Assembly (NCBI GenBank): GCA_036278875.1
Contig: DASUKF010000030.1
Location: forward strand, 1-60,765
Length of the DNA: 60,765 bases
Reading direction: 5' to 3'
From: Candidatus Saccharimonadales bacterium
Lineage (GTDB): Bacteria; Patescibacteriota; Saccharimonadia; Saccharimonadales; 2-12-FULL-41-12
The notes under the pieces were generated by a model. The model had not been told where the DNA came from and did no database searches. It saw only the letters and a list, made by a program, of their open reading frames with translations. Of the stretch, positions 38,019 to 47,031 are shown piece after piece. Made by a program: the position numbers and the translations under genes. Every line of letters starts with the position of its first letter. Position 1 is the first letter of the stretch.

Positions 38019-40148
38019 TCAGAGCTTCTCAATCGGCGCAAAAGCTATGTTTAATTTCTTCGAACCTTTGCCGGCGAAGTCTATGACGGCTATATCGTCC
38101 TGCATATCGAGTACCGTTCCTACACCGAACATACTGTGCCTGACACGGTCGCCCTGGTGGAGCTCGACAACATAATGCGGTTCAGGCGGTGCTTCCTGTA
38201 CATAAGACGGTTCCGCAGTGAGAGCGTCGGAGGCGGACAGCTTGCTGTCTATTTCGCTCAGGAACCTGGACGGGGCGTTATGCTGAACACTACCGTAAAG
38301 GACCCGCGACGATGCATAGAGCATATAAAGCTCTTCTTTCGCTCGTGTCATACCTACATAACACAGCCGTCTTTCCTCCTCCATATCCCGCTGGTCAAAA
38401 TGCGCGTGAGTATGCGGCAATATTGTCTCTTCCAGACCGACCATGAATACGACCGGGAACTCAAGGCCTTTTGCTGAATGCAGGGTCATAAGCGTAACGG
38501 CTGCCTTGTTGTTGCCACGACCGTCCGTATTATCTGAAGCAAGCGATACTTCCTCAAGGAAATCTTCCAGCCCTGAATCCTGATAGACCCTGGCTACGCT
38601 TAACAATTCTTTGACGTTTTCGATGCGGGTTTCCGCCTGCAAAGTGCCGTCATCCAAATAATCGATGTAGTCTATCCTTCTAAGAAGAGAATCAATGAGC
38701 CCGGCCGGATTGGTTTCATCCGCTATCGTACGCAGGTCACTCAAGACTCCGTTAAGCTCGCTTAAGGCCGCCCGGGCCTTCGGGGTCAAAGTTTCACAGT
38801 CCCGGACATCCTGCAAAGCCTGGTATAGACTTAGGCCATTGGTCCTTTGCCACTCCTGAAAATTACTGATGGATTTGGCGCCTATACCCCGGGCCGGTAC
38901 GTTCACTATGCGTTCAAAACTGAGATGGTCCTCCGGCTGGAATATCATTCGCACGTATGCCACTATGTCGCGTATTTCTTTGCGGTCATAAAACCTTACT
39001 CCGCCGACTATCCTATAGGGAAGTCCGTGCCTTAAAAACATATCTTCTATGACGCGGCTCTGCGCGTTCGTCCGATAAAGCACCGCAAAATCGTTATAAT
39101 CCCTGGATCCTATGGCTACGCTGTTTTCAACCCTGCGGGCTATCGCTTCGGCTTCGGCACGCTCGCTGCTAATAGGGACTATCTGCACCGGCATGCCGCC
39201 GCCCATAGATGTCCATAGCTTCTTTTCCGAACGCTGGGTATTTTTAGATATCACTTTATGGGCAGCCTCCAGAATATGCCGGGTACTTCGGTAGTTCTGC
39301 TCCAGCTTTATGATAGTGGCGTTTTTATAATCTTTCTCAAAGTTCAGGATATTCTTAAAATCCGCGCCGCGCCATGAGTATATGCTCTGCCAGTCATCAC
39401 CGACCACAGCGATGTTATGGCTTTCACTGACCAGGAGTTTGATGAGTTTGTACTGGGCCGAATTAGTATCCTGGTATTCGTCTATCATCACGTACTTGAA
39501 GCGTTGCTGCCATTTTTTCCTGACGGCCTTATTCCCGGCTAGCATTCTAACCGCCTTGCCGATAAGGTCGTCGAAATCAAGCGCGCCGGCATCTTTTAAA
39601 ATCTTCTCATAATGCGGGAAGACTTCTGCCGCAGTGCTTTGCAGCGGACTGCCGGCCAAGCCTGCGTATTCTTCCGGTCCGATAAGTTCATTCTTGGCGC
39701 TGCTTATAAGATTGGCGACGGATTTTGCCGGAAAGCTTTTTTCGTCTATCTTAAGCCGTTTGTAAACCTGTTTGACCGCGCTGGTCCTGTCGGATTCGTC
39801 AAAGATTATGAAGTTCTTCGGCACGTTGACATAGTCGCCATCGGTGCGCAGGAGCTTGACGCAGATGCTATGAAAAGTGCCCATGAATGGCAGAAAGGTT
39901 CTGTCCTCTTCATCGTGGCCGACCAGGCGGGCAAGACGGACGCGCATTTCATTAGCGGCCTTGTTGGTAAAAGTTACCGCCAGTATCTGTTGCGGCGTAC
40001 TCAAACCGGAGCTGATGATGTAGGCTACGCGGTGGGTTAGAGTCTTGGTCTTGCCGCTGCCCGCTCCGGCCAATATCAAAAGAGGGCCCTCAGTAGTTTC
40101 AACGGCACGTTTCTGCTCCGGATTCAAACCGGATAATAAGTCTTTCAC
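38019..40148 (-). CDS. pcrA: ATP-dependent DNA helicase PcrA/UvrD
   Basis: LNPEQKRAV, Walker A AGAGSGKTKTLTHR, DEYQDTN, LEQNYRST. C-terminal Tudor-like tail. 709 aa. Confidence 0.92.
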   Translation of the reverse strand: MKDLLSGLNPEQKRAVETTEGPLLILAGAGSGKTKTLTHRVAYIISSGLSTPQQILAVTFTNKAANEMRVRLARLVGHDEEDRTFLPFMGTFHSICVKLLRTDGDYVNVPKNFIIFDESDRTSAVKQVYKRLKIDEKSFPAKSVANLISSAKNELIGPEEYAGLAGSPLQSTAAEVFPHYEKILKDAGALDFDDLIGKAVRMLAGNKAVRKKWQQRFKYVMIDEYQDTNSAQYKLIKLLVSESHNIAVVGDDWQSIYSWRGADFKNILNFEKDYKNATIIKLEQNYRSTRHILEAAHKVISKNTQRSEKKLWTSMGGGMPVQIVPISSERAEAEAIARRVENSVAIGSRDYNDFAVLYRTNAQSRVIEDMFLRHGLPYRIVGGVRFYDRKEIRDIVAYVRMIFQPEDHLSFERIVNVPARGIGAKSISNFQEWQRTNGLSLYQALQDVRDCETLTPKARAALSELNGVLSDLRTIADETNPAGLIDSLLRRIDYIDYLDDGTLQAETRIENVKELLSVARVYQDSGLEDFLEEVSLASDNTDGRGNNKAAVTLMTLHSAKGLEFPVVFMVGLEETILPHTHAHFDQRDMEEERRLCYVGMTRAKEELYMLYASSRVLYGSVQHNAPSRFLSEIDSKLSASDALTAEPSYVQEAPPEPHYVVELHQGDRVRHSMFGVGTVLDMQDDIAVIDFAGKGSKKLNIAFAPIEKL

Positions 40149-40176
40149 TTATATATTTTAACAAACCCTGCGGGGT

Positions 40177-40875
40177 TCAATTGCCGATGAAATTATAGGG
40201 AAGAGATATTCCTACATCCAGATATCCTGCGTCAATCGCCAGATATATGCCGATAGAAATGAGCAGTAAAATCAGTATGAGCCAGCTTAACAGCCTTTCG
40301 TAGGATGCCTTATGCCCGCCTTCTACTATGGGAACGTAGTATTTTCTGCTTTCGGCAAGTTCTTTGATTTTCTCGCCGCGTTTCTTTTCTTCTTCTGTCT
40401 CCTGCGCGGTCTGTTTGTTGCTGCCGGCGGAAGAAGCCAGCGAATCAATTGCGGCCGATTCGTCGCCCTTGCTTTCGTCAGGAGTGTCCTCAGACGGTTT
40501 TTCTTCTTCGGACTTGATTTCGGCTTCTACCTTTTTATCATCCGGTTCGGATTTTTCCTCGTCCTTATCCTGTTTGGTTTCAGGCTCATTGTCACTTTTG
40601 TCATCATCGGCAGACTTATCATCGGATATGGGTTTTAGCTTGAGTTCGGGCTTCGCGCTTATCCGGCTCTCGGATTTTTTATCTACCATGTCTTCTTCAT
40701 CGGAAGCACCGGCTACCATAGGGTCCTGCTTTATCATGCCGCCGTGGGGCGTGATTATAGGCCGGGAAGTAGGTGTAGCCGCAGTCTGCCCGGGTTTTGC
40801 TACGTCGTTTACCTGGGGTTTGGAATCATCCGGTTTCTTGGACTCATCGTCTTTTTCAGTCTTTCTTCCCACCAT
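40177..40875 (-). CDS. Hypothetical tail-anchored protein with long K/D/E-rich disordered region
   Basis: 232 aa. Low-complexity acidic/basic N-terminal region of about 180 aa. Single C-terminal TM LLSWLILILLLISIGIYLAI. Confidence 0.55.
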   Translation of the reverse strand: MVGRKTEKDDESKKPDDSKPQVNDVAKPGQTAATPTSRPIITPHGGMIKQDPMVAGASDEEDMVDKKSESRISAKPELKLKPISDDKSADDDKSDNEPETKQDKDEEKSEPDDKKVEAEIKSEEEKPSEDTPDESKGDESAAIDSLASSAGSNKQTAQETEEEKKRGEKIKELAESRKYYVPIVEGGHKASYERLLSWLILILLLISIGIYLAIDAGYLDVGISLPYNFIGN

Positions 40876-41659
40876 CTTTTTCTTTTGTCACCTTATAAGC
40901 TGTTTCTACTATCTTAGCAAATTTATGGTAATTAAGGCTGGCCCCGCCGGGAAGTACTCCCTCGCAACCTTTTATACCCAGATACGCTCCGGCGCTATGG
41001 TCGTCTACGCTTCCGCCGTAAATGATACGCACGCTCTCGGCGCTTTTTCTGCCATATAGTTCTGCGACCTGTTCGCGGATAAATTCCATTTCTTTTTCCA
41101 CGACATCGGGTTTGGCAAGCTCGCCATTGAACGTGCTTATAGCCCACACCGGCTCATAAGCTATGACCATATCCGCAACTTCTTCGGCCGTTATGTCGCT
41201 TAGAGCCGTCACCAGCTGGTCGTGCAGTACCTGCCTGGTTTCTCCGGCATTCCTTTCTGATTTCGTCTCGCCTATGCAAAGTACCGGTGTTATTCCGTTG
41301 CGGAAGCACGCGGCAACCTTGTCCCTTATCTCCTCCAGGCTTTCATTGAAATAAATCCTGCGCTCGCTATGGCCGATTATCACATAATGCACCAGGTCTC
41401 TAAGCATGTTGAATGATACTTCTCCGGTGTATGCCCCCTCGTCTTTGTGATAAGCATTCTGGGCACTCAAGCGGAACTTTTTGCGGTCTATCTGAGTACT
41501 GACCGGCTGGAGGTCCAGCATACTGGGCGCCAGTACGACCTCTACATCCTTATGGGCTTTGATATGCTTATCGAGCCTCGAAACCAGCAGGCTGGACTGC
41601 GAGACATTCAGATGCATCTTCCAATTACCTATAACCAGCAATTTTCGCGTCTTTTTCAT
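40856..41659 (-). CDS. tpiA: Triosephosphate isomerase
   Basis: VIGNWKMH, IIGHSERR, AYEPVWAI, IIYGGSV motifs. Confidence 0.93.
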   Translation of the reverse strand: MKKTRKLLVIGNWKMHLNVSQSSLLVSRLDKHIKAHKDVEVVLAPSMLDLQPVSTQIDRKKFRLSAQNAYHKDEGAYTGEVSFNMLRDLVHYVIIGHSERRIYFNESLEEIRDKVAACFRNGITPVLCIGETKSERNAGETRQVLHDQLVTALSDITAEEVADMVIAYEPVWAISTFNGELAKPDVVEKEMEFIREQVAELYGRKSAESVRIIYGGSVDDHSAGAYLGIKGCEGVLPGGASLNYHKFAKIVETAYKVTKEKDGGKKD

Positions 41660-41684
41660 AACCCTTGTGCTTTATTGTACACCA

Positions 41685-42869
41685 CTACTTGTCCAGCAAC
41701 GCTTCGATCCCGGGCAGTTTCTTGCCGCTCATAAAGTCCAGGCTGGCGCCTCCGCCCGTAGAAACATGTGTAAATTTACCAGCTATGCCCAGCGAATTGA
41801 CTACATCGGCGGTATCGCCGCCACCCACTATGCTTACCGCATCGCTTTCGCTTATAGCCTTGGCTACCTGTTTGGAACCTTCGGCGAACACCGAATTCTC
41901 ATAGTACCCCAGCGGGCCGTTCCAGATTATAGTATGGGCCTGGCTGATAAGTTTTTTTACTTCGTCCAGGCTTTTCTGACCGAAATCAAGTATAAGGTCG
42001 TCTTTTTCAATCTCATCCAGAGTAATTTCACGGCGGTCGTTATCGTCCAGGCTTTTGCCGACAGCTACTCCCGAGAACGGCAGTACGAAGCGCACACCGG
42101 CGGCCTTGGCCTTGCGCAGCACATCTTCGGCCATGGACAGGTCTTCCTGGTCGAACACGCTCTTGCCCACGCTGTAGCTCTGCGCGAACAGAAGTATGTT
42201 AGCCATTACCCCGGCGACCACTATGTTATCGGCGAAAAGCATGAAGTTATCCAGAAGCGGCAATTTGGTTTCCAGTTTGGCTCCGCCGGTTATAGCCAGG
42301 ACGGGTTTTTTCGGGTCGTCTATGGCTTTAGAAAGCTGGCTTATCTCGTTCTCTACCAAAAATCCGGCAACCGATGGCAGGAATTTATCTATGCCTACGG
42401 CTGAAGTGTCGTTCCTGTGTGCGACCGCGAAAGCGTCGAATACGAATATCTCGCCGTAGCCGGCAAGTTTCTTTGCAAAAGCTTCGTCGCCACTCTTTTC
42501 CTCCGGATAAAACCGGGTATTTTGAAGCAGCAATACATCCCCCGGGCCCATTCCGGCCACGGCTTCCTGTGCGGTTTCACCGACCAAATCGTCTACGAAA
42601 CCGACTTTGCGTCCAATAACCTGTGAAGCTTTACGGGCGACCGGCTCCAGACTGAGCTGTTCCTCATGATTTTCCGGCCTGCCGCGATGGCTTAGTATGA
42701 CGATACTGCAATCTTTTTCCAGAAGATAATTAAGTGTAGGCAGACTCGCTTTTATCCTGAAGTCATCCGTTACTTCGCCTTTATCATCGCCCGGAACATT
42801 CCAATCCAGGCGTATGACGATTTTTTTGTTCGCGACATCTATGTCTTTTACGGTTTTCTTTTTGAACAT
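41685..42869 (-). CDS. pgk: Phosphoglycerate kinase
   Basis: RLDWNVP, ILSHRGRP, AITGGAKLETK, VGGGDTA motifs. 394 aa. Confidence 0.93.
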   Translation of the reverse strand: MFKKKTVKDIDVANKKIVIRLDWNVPGDDKGEVTDDFRIKASLPTLNYLLEKDCSIVILSHRGRPENHEEQLSLEPVARKASQVIGRKVGFVDDLVGETAQEAVAGMGPGDVLLLQNTRFYPEEKSGDEAFAKKLAGYGEIFVFDAFAVAHRNDTSAVGIDKFLPSVAGFLVENEISQLSKAIDDPKKPVLAITGGAKLETKLPLLDNFMLFADNIVVAGVMANILLFAQSYSVGKSVFDQEDLSMAEDVLRKAKAAGVRFVLPFSGVAVGKSLDDNDRREITLDEIEKDDLILDFGQKSLDEVKKLISQAHTIIWNGPLGYYENSVFAEGSKQVAKAISESDAVSIVGGGDTADVVNSLGIAGKFTHVSTGGGASLDFMSGKKLPGIEALLDK

Positions 42870-42902
42870 AACTGGCTTGCCTTTAGTTTAACCCCTTGCA
42901 GT

Positions 42903-43478
42903 TTATCTGCGCAAATTAGAGACAAACAGGCTGTCTTCTATCCAGAACCGCCATGGTTTTTCCTGAGCCTTTGATATACCTATCCGCGGTCCGAAAGCTA
43001 TCTTTATATTTTTGAGCTTCGGCTCTGTTACATACAGGCCGCCTTCATATAGAGGTTTGCCGTAATCTTCCTTGGAAATACCCATGGCCTGGACCAATTT
43101 GGCAGGGCCGTTGCACAGGTTGTGTATATTTTCCTGGTTCCGCCGTTTTTTCATCAGCTCTATACCTTGGGTCGGCTCAAGCGCGCGTATCAGCACCCCG
43201 GCACCCACCCCCTCGTTCTCGGCTACTATGTTGAAGCAATAGTGCATGCCGTAGGTGAAGTAGATATATGCATGCCCTGGTGGTCCGAACATCACCGCCG
43301 TCCTCTTGCTCTTGCCTCTATAGCTATGACTGGCTTCGTCCGTTTCGTGATAACTCTCGGTTTCGACGATTATCCCGGCTGTCTTTCCCTCTTCGGTTTC
43401 ATGAACCAGCTCACAGCCCAAAAGAGCATTAGCCAGTTCCTCAACTTTTTTATCCGCATAAAAACTTTCCGGCAGCAT
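42903..43478 (-). CDS. DNA-3-methyladenine glycosylase (Mpg/AAG family)
   Basis: GIIVETESYHETDEASHSYRGKSKRTAVMFGPPGHAYIYFTYGMHYCFNIV is the AAG-family core. 191 aa. Confidence 0.88.
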   Translation of the reverse strand: MLPESFYADKKVEELANALLGCELVHETEEGKTAGIIVETESYHETDEASHSYRGKSKRTAVMFGPPGHAYIYFTYGMHYCFNIVAENEGVGAGVLIRALEPTQGIELMKKRRNQENIHNLCNGPAKLVQAMGISKEDYGKPLYEGGLYVTEPKLKNIKIAFGPRIGISKAQEKPWRFWIEDSLFVSNLRR

Positions 43479-43514
43479 AAACCGTATTCCTTTTTTACCT
43501 CTGTTATGATACCA

Positions 43515-43542
43515 TTGACAGGTTAATTGTCATGGCTACATA
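43515..43542 (+). promoter_or_regulatory. Sigma70-like promoter candidate for tRNA-Glu
   Basis: TTGACA (43515-43520), 16-nt spacer, TACATA (43537-43542), about 20 nt before the tRNA 5' end. Confidence 0.35.
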
Positions 43543-43563
43543 AAACCAATACATTGGTCTTAT

Positions 43564-43638
43564 GGCCCCATCGTCTAACGGCTAGGACACCAGGTTTTCA
43601 TCCTGGCAATAGGGGTTCGATTCCCCTTGGGGTCACCA
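43564..43638 (+). tRNA. tRNA-Glu (anticodon UUC), CCA encoded
   Basis: Hand-folded cloverleaf: acceptor GGCCCCA/TGGGGTC, D stem GTCT/GGAC, anticodon stem CCAGG/CCTGG with loop TTTTCAT (anticodon TTC), T stem AGGGG/CCCCT with loop TTCGATT, then discriminator A plus CCA. Confidence 0.92.
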
Positions 43639-43646
43639 GATTTATA

Positions 43647-43676
43647 AAACCCTTGCATAAACGCAGGGGTTTATTT
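43647..43676 (+). terminator. Terminator-like hairpin after tRNA-Glu
   Basis: AAACCCTTGC-ATAAAC-GCAGGGGTTT (10 bp including one G:U) followed by a T-rich stretch ATTTAT. Confidence 0.4.
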
Positions 43677-43711
43677 ATGCTTAGTGCAAATATTTAAGCG
43701 TAAGGACAATC

Positions 43712-44413
43712 ATGAAAAAATTAAATGAGAGGGGCTTCGGTGCCGTCGAAGCACTGCTAATAATAGTTGCCCTGGGGATAGTAATAGGCACTATCTTCTA
43801 CGTAAGAAAAGCCAATAATAATGTCGGCAACGGCAACAACGGGACAACCATAAACCAGGGTAAAAATAAGCACGAAACGAATCCGCAGAGCCAGCTGGAA
43901 ACCTATACTTTCGACAAAACCGGCTTGAGTTTCAAGTATCCTAAAGCCTACAAACTGGATGATTTCGGTGCAGACAACGACCCTAATACATTGCCTGGGT
44001 TGGTGTTCGTTTCCAAGATAAGCGACAGTGAAATAAGCAATGCAAGTAACAGAGATTCCTTCGATAAATATCTCAAGTTATCAATCAATGAGTCCGAAAA
44101 TGACCCGGATCCGGTTTTTGCAAAAAAGGAAAAACTTTTCCCCGGCGAACAAAAAATCATAGACACAGTCACCATAAACGGCAAGCAATATTCACTTGTT
44201 AGCGGAACCTATAACGGCTCCGTAGTAAGCGTAACCCTAATGGATTGCGACAGTTCCGATCAATGCACCGACAGGGTAGCCATAAATGATAAGTATTTCA
44301 CGCAAGCCGCTATAGGTTCGGTTGCCAATACCCAGTCATATGCTATTCCAATCAACACATCTTCTTCTGAGTACCAAACATTTATAGATATGTTGAAATC
44401 AATATCGTTCTAA
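43712..44413 (+). CDS. Prepilin-type N-terminal signal protein (type IV pilin/pseudopilin-like)
   Basis: MKKLNERG/FGAVEALLIIVALGIVIGTIF has a basic leader, Gly at -1, Phe at +1, Glu at +5 and a hydrophobic helix, which is the class III signal. 233 aa. Confidence 0.7.
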   Translation: MKKLNERGFGAVEALLIIVALGIVIGTIFYVRKANNNVGNGNNGTTINQGKNKHETNPQSQLETYTFDKTGLSFKYPKAYKLDDFGADNDPNTLPGLVFVSKISDSEISNASNRDSFDKYLKLSINESENDPDPVFAKKEKLFPGEQKIIDTVTINGKQYSLVSGTYNGSVVSVTLMDCDSSDQCTDRVAINDKYFTQAAIGSVANTQSYAIPINTSSSEYQTFIDMLKSISF

Positions 44414-44420
44414 TATAAAA

Positions 44421-44454
44421 GCCCCCTTACCCATTACGGATGAGGGAGCTTTTT
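44421..44454 (+). terminator. Rho-independent terminator candidate after the pilin-like gene
   Basis: GCCCCCTTACCC-ATTAC-GGATGAGGGAGC imperfect hairpin (two mismatches) followed by TTTTT. Confidence 0.4.
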
Positions 44455-44539
44455 GAATAATTTTTTGTTTTAGTTTGAGCGGTCAGTCAGTGCTCGTAAC
44501 TGGTTTAAACGTTAGCACAAAACTGCGCTTTTTTCCAGT

Positions 44540-44563
44540 GTTTATCCACAGGATAAACTTTTT
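44540..44563 (+). terminator. Hairpin plus T-run abutting the stop of the convergent LPXTG gene
   Basis: GTTTATCC-ACA-GGATAAAC perfect 8-bp stem followed by TTTTT on the + strand. Confidence 0.4.
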
Positions 44564-44564
44564 G

Positions 44565-45650
44565 TTAGAACAACTTGGCCAGTCGGCGTGATACAGCGTA
44601 GTAAAGAACCGAGCTGATAGATGTTACACCGAAGAAGGCGGCTATTACGTTGCCCGGGCCGGTATTCGGCAGGCTAGGCGGTGCCTGGGGTGGAACTTTA
44701 GGCGGAACGCCGTGCTTGAAGGTTATCTGGCTTTCACAAGCCGGAGCTGACTTCCACTGGGTCGAACCGTCTGCAAGCTTCACATTTACATAACCTGTGA
44801 GGTTGAAAGTGCCGTCGCCGGAATACTTATGGTTGGCAGACTGCTGCTGTACAACCGTGCCGTCGCCGAAGTCTATCTTATAACCGATTATCTCGGCATT
44901 GTCTACGCTACCTGTTACAGCAGCGTTTACTTCTCTTTCGTCCTTGTTTACTACTGACATACTCAGGAGCTTACAAATACCGGAAGATGGCGGAGGAACA
45001 ACTTTTCTAGTTACCTTTACGTTTAAGGTTACGAATACCCTTTGGTCCCAGCATCCCCAAACATCGCCGTTTGGTGAGTAAGTACCAATCTTGGCGCCTG
45101 TAGTAACGATGCTGTCGCTCAGAGCCTGGGTTCCCGTAGGCTTGGTCCACTGCTGGGCCGAACCCGGAACGTAGCTTAACTGGTACTGGTTGCCATCGGT
45201 ACAGTTTATGGTCATACCGTCGCTTGCGCTGGCCGCGTTGCTTGCACTGATAGTGCTGTTCATTTTGAACGAACTGTTCTGTGCGCTAGGCAGACTAACT
45301 ACAACTTTAGTGTTGTGAGCCACACCCGGGCCGTTACCATCGTTGTTATAAATGGTGTTGGCATTGTTGTGTACGTATACACGCAGGGTGAACTCTTTGC
45401 CGTCTTGGCAAGCAGTGTTCAGTGGGTCTACCGAGTCGGCCGTATCGCCGGCTACTTTGCCCCTGAAGAAATCAGGTTCATCGCCGTTATACGGGGTGCC
45501 CGTGTAGGTGTTGAACACCGGGTGGTCATATCCCGGATCATTCGGGTCGTAGGGTCTGGCGTAGCTGGTGTTACCCAGAGCTACTAGGCTGACCAAGGCT
45601 GCCGCAATAAGCCCTACTGCTGTCTTCTTGAGAATTGATATGCGTTTCAT
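44565..45650 (-). CDS. LPXTG-anchored surface protein with PKD-like domain
   Basis: Signal peptide. IDFGDGT PKD motif. C-terminal sorting signal LPNTG plus hydrophobic span plus RRLAKLF. I place the start at ATG 45650 (MKRISIL), which is preceded by AAGGAG; the ORF track extends to 45668. Confidence 0.8.
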   Translation of the reverse strand: MKRISILKKTAVGLIAAALVSLVALGNTSYARPYDPNDPGYDHPVFNTYTGTPYNGDEPDFFRGKVAGDTADSVDPLNTACQDGKEFTLRVYVHNNANTIYNNDGNGPGVAHNTKVVVSLPSAQNSSFKMNSTISASNAASASDGMTINCTDGNQYQLSYVPGSAQQWTKPTGTQALSDSIVTTGAKIGTYSPNGDVWGCWDQRVFVTLNVKVTRKVVPPPSSGICKLLSMSVVNKDEREVNAAVTGSVDNAEIIGYKIDFGDGTVVQQQSANHKYSGDGTFNLTGYVNVKLADGSTQWKSAPACESQITFKHGVPPKVPPQAPPSLPNTGPGNVIAAFFGVTSISSVLYYAVSRRLAKLF

Positions 45651-45677
45651 CTTAATACTCCTTTGCATATAGCTTAT

Positions 45678-46928
45678 TTAATTTGGCTGCCCCGGTGCAG
45701 GTGCCGGTTCCGGCCCTTTCGGTGGCGGAGGTGGAGGTGGCGGAGGTGGAGGTGGCGGTGGTGGTGGCGGAGGTGGAGGTGGTGGTGGAGGTGGTGGTGG
45801 AGGTGGTGGTGGAGGTGGTGGTGGAGGTGGTGGTCCTCCAGGAGGCGTGCCCGGTGTATTTGGAGTGCCCGGAGTACCCGGGGTATTTGGTGTATTTGGA
45901 GTGCCGGGGCCGCTAGGACTTGGGTTAGGACCCGGTGTTACACCGTGAGGACCGCCTTCGCCTGGGTTAGCACCCGGAGCCGTACCCGGCTGGTTCTCTT
46001 CAGTTTCACCAGGCTGCGGGCTTTCAGCAGTTCCTTCGGTAGTGCCATTGCTGGTACCGGTAGTGCCCCCTGCCTCTTGGTTAGCCTGTCCCTGGTTGCC
46101 TTTGCCCTTCTTATGATGGCCTTTGGCGCCACCTTCGTTCTTCTGATGGTTCTTGTTGTTTGACTCAGGAGTCGGTACACCTTTTATGTACATATTGCCT
46201 GAATCGTCTATAAGCACACTGCCGAAACCGTCAAGATTATCACCGCTGGTATCACGCAGCTTGAATTCAACGCCGTCCATCGTTTCATTGGCTATAACTT
46301 TCTTAAGCTTCATAGCTACTATTTCGTTGCTCGAGTTGCGCACAGCTGTCAGACGGGTAAGTTTTTCGCCCTGGCCGGCCCATGCATCATTGTATTCTCC
46401 GGTCTGATCCAGAGTTTCAGCCGTATCAGCACAATCTTCTCTTGCCCGCTCAAGTCCACCCGGACCATTGTAAGCATTCAGGGTAGTAGAATATTGTCCG
46501 GCATAATCATATGAAGTATCGGTTGCTTTCTTATCGCTGGCAGGTTTGGTGATAGCTGATTCAAGGGCTGCGAGTGAAGGAGCATCGATTCCTTCGCTGT
46601 CGCCCCAAGGTTTGCTGTCGACATACTGCTCGGCTTCGTCGGCATTATTTATGCCGTCTTCAGCCTCTGGGAGAAATGCAGTGTCTTCGAATTTTGCAGC
46701 ATCGGATGAAAGATCAGTGAAATCAGCGGTATCGCAGTCAATTGCCGCAGTGTCCGCGTTAGCAGAACTGGCTCCTACATGAGGTATGCTAGGCAAATCG
46801 CTGCCACCCTTTCCAAGTTCATACGCACCGCCGAGCCCTACTATGGCTATACCTGCAATTGCAAGCGGCTTGCGAATCGTATTGCCTATAAAGGCTCTTA
46901 CGCCTCCCGGCTCTCCTTCTATACTCAT
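45678..46928 (-). CDS. N-terminally anchored membrane protein with Pro/Gly/Thr-rich region and a 38-residue polyproline C-terminal tail
   Basis: 416 aa. TM PLAIAGIAIVGLGGAY, an acidic ectodomain, a K/G/N-rich linker and TPGTPN-type repeats. These are followed by 38 consecutive Pro codons (45833-45720) and KGPEPAPAPGQPN. Confidence 0.7.
   Translation of the reverse strand: MSIEGEPGGVRAFIGNTIRKPLAIAGIAIVGLGGAYELGKGGSDLPSIPHVGASSANADTAAIDCDTADFTDLSSDAAKFEDTAFLPEAEDGINNADEAEQYVDSKPWGDSEGIDAPSLAALESAITKPASDKKATDTSYDYAGQYSTTLNAYNGPGGLERAREDCADTAETLDQTGEYNDAWAGQGEKLTRLTAVRNSSNEIVAMKLKKVIANETMDGVEFKLRDTSGDNLDGFGSVLIDDSGNMYIKGVPTPESNNKNHQKNEGGAKGHHKKGKGNQGQANQEAGGTTGTSNGTTEGTAESPQPGETEENQPGTAPGANPGEGGPHGVTPGPNPSPSGPGTPNTPNTPGTPGTPNTPGTPPGGPPPPPPPPPPPPPPPPPPPPPPPPPPPPPPPPPPPPPPKGPEPAPAPGQPN
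45720..45833 (-). repeat. Coding CCN microsatellite (38 Pro codons) including a 12-nt tandem repeat
   Basis: The + strand reads (NGG)x38. Positions 45777-45833 are AGGTGGTGGTGG repeated about 4.75 times, in frame. Confidence 0.9.
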
Positions 46929-47031
46929 ACTTATACTCCCTTGTGCTTCTTAAGCTTTCCCAAACCCTTTTTCTAAGGTTTCGTCAATTATATCAAATTA
47001 TAGTCATTATGTCAAGCATATTGTATTACGT

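Noticed and set aside
40364-41059. 231-aa Ser-rich + strand ORF
   Set aside because: It is the complement of the K/D/E-rich low-complexity gene and the 3' end of tpiA. The composition is an artefact of the GAA/GAT/AAA-rich coding strand.
41559-42404. 281-aa + strand ORF
   Set aside because: It is antisense to pgk and the 5' end of tpiA, both unambiguous.
45720-45910. CRISPR-like or non-coding tandem repeat array
   Set aside because: The only tandem repeats are in-frame codon repeats (poly-Pro and TPGTPN) inside a coding region. I saw no repeat-spacer architecture anywhere in the window.
45663-46163. 166-aa + strand ORF with RWRWWW repeats
   Set aside because: It is the reverse-complement reading of the CCN polyproline tract. 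The minus-strand ORF has a TM, an SD-linked downstream gene and operon context.
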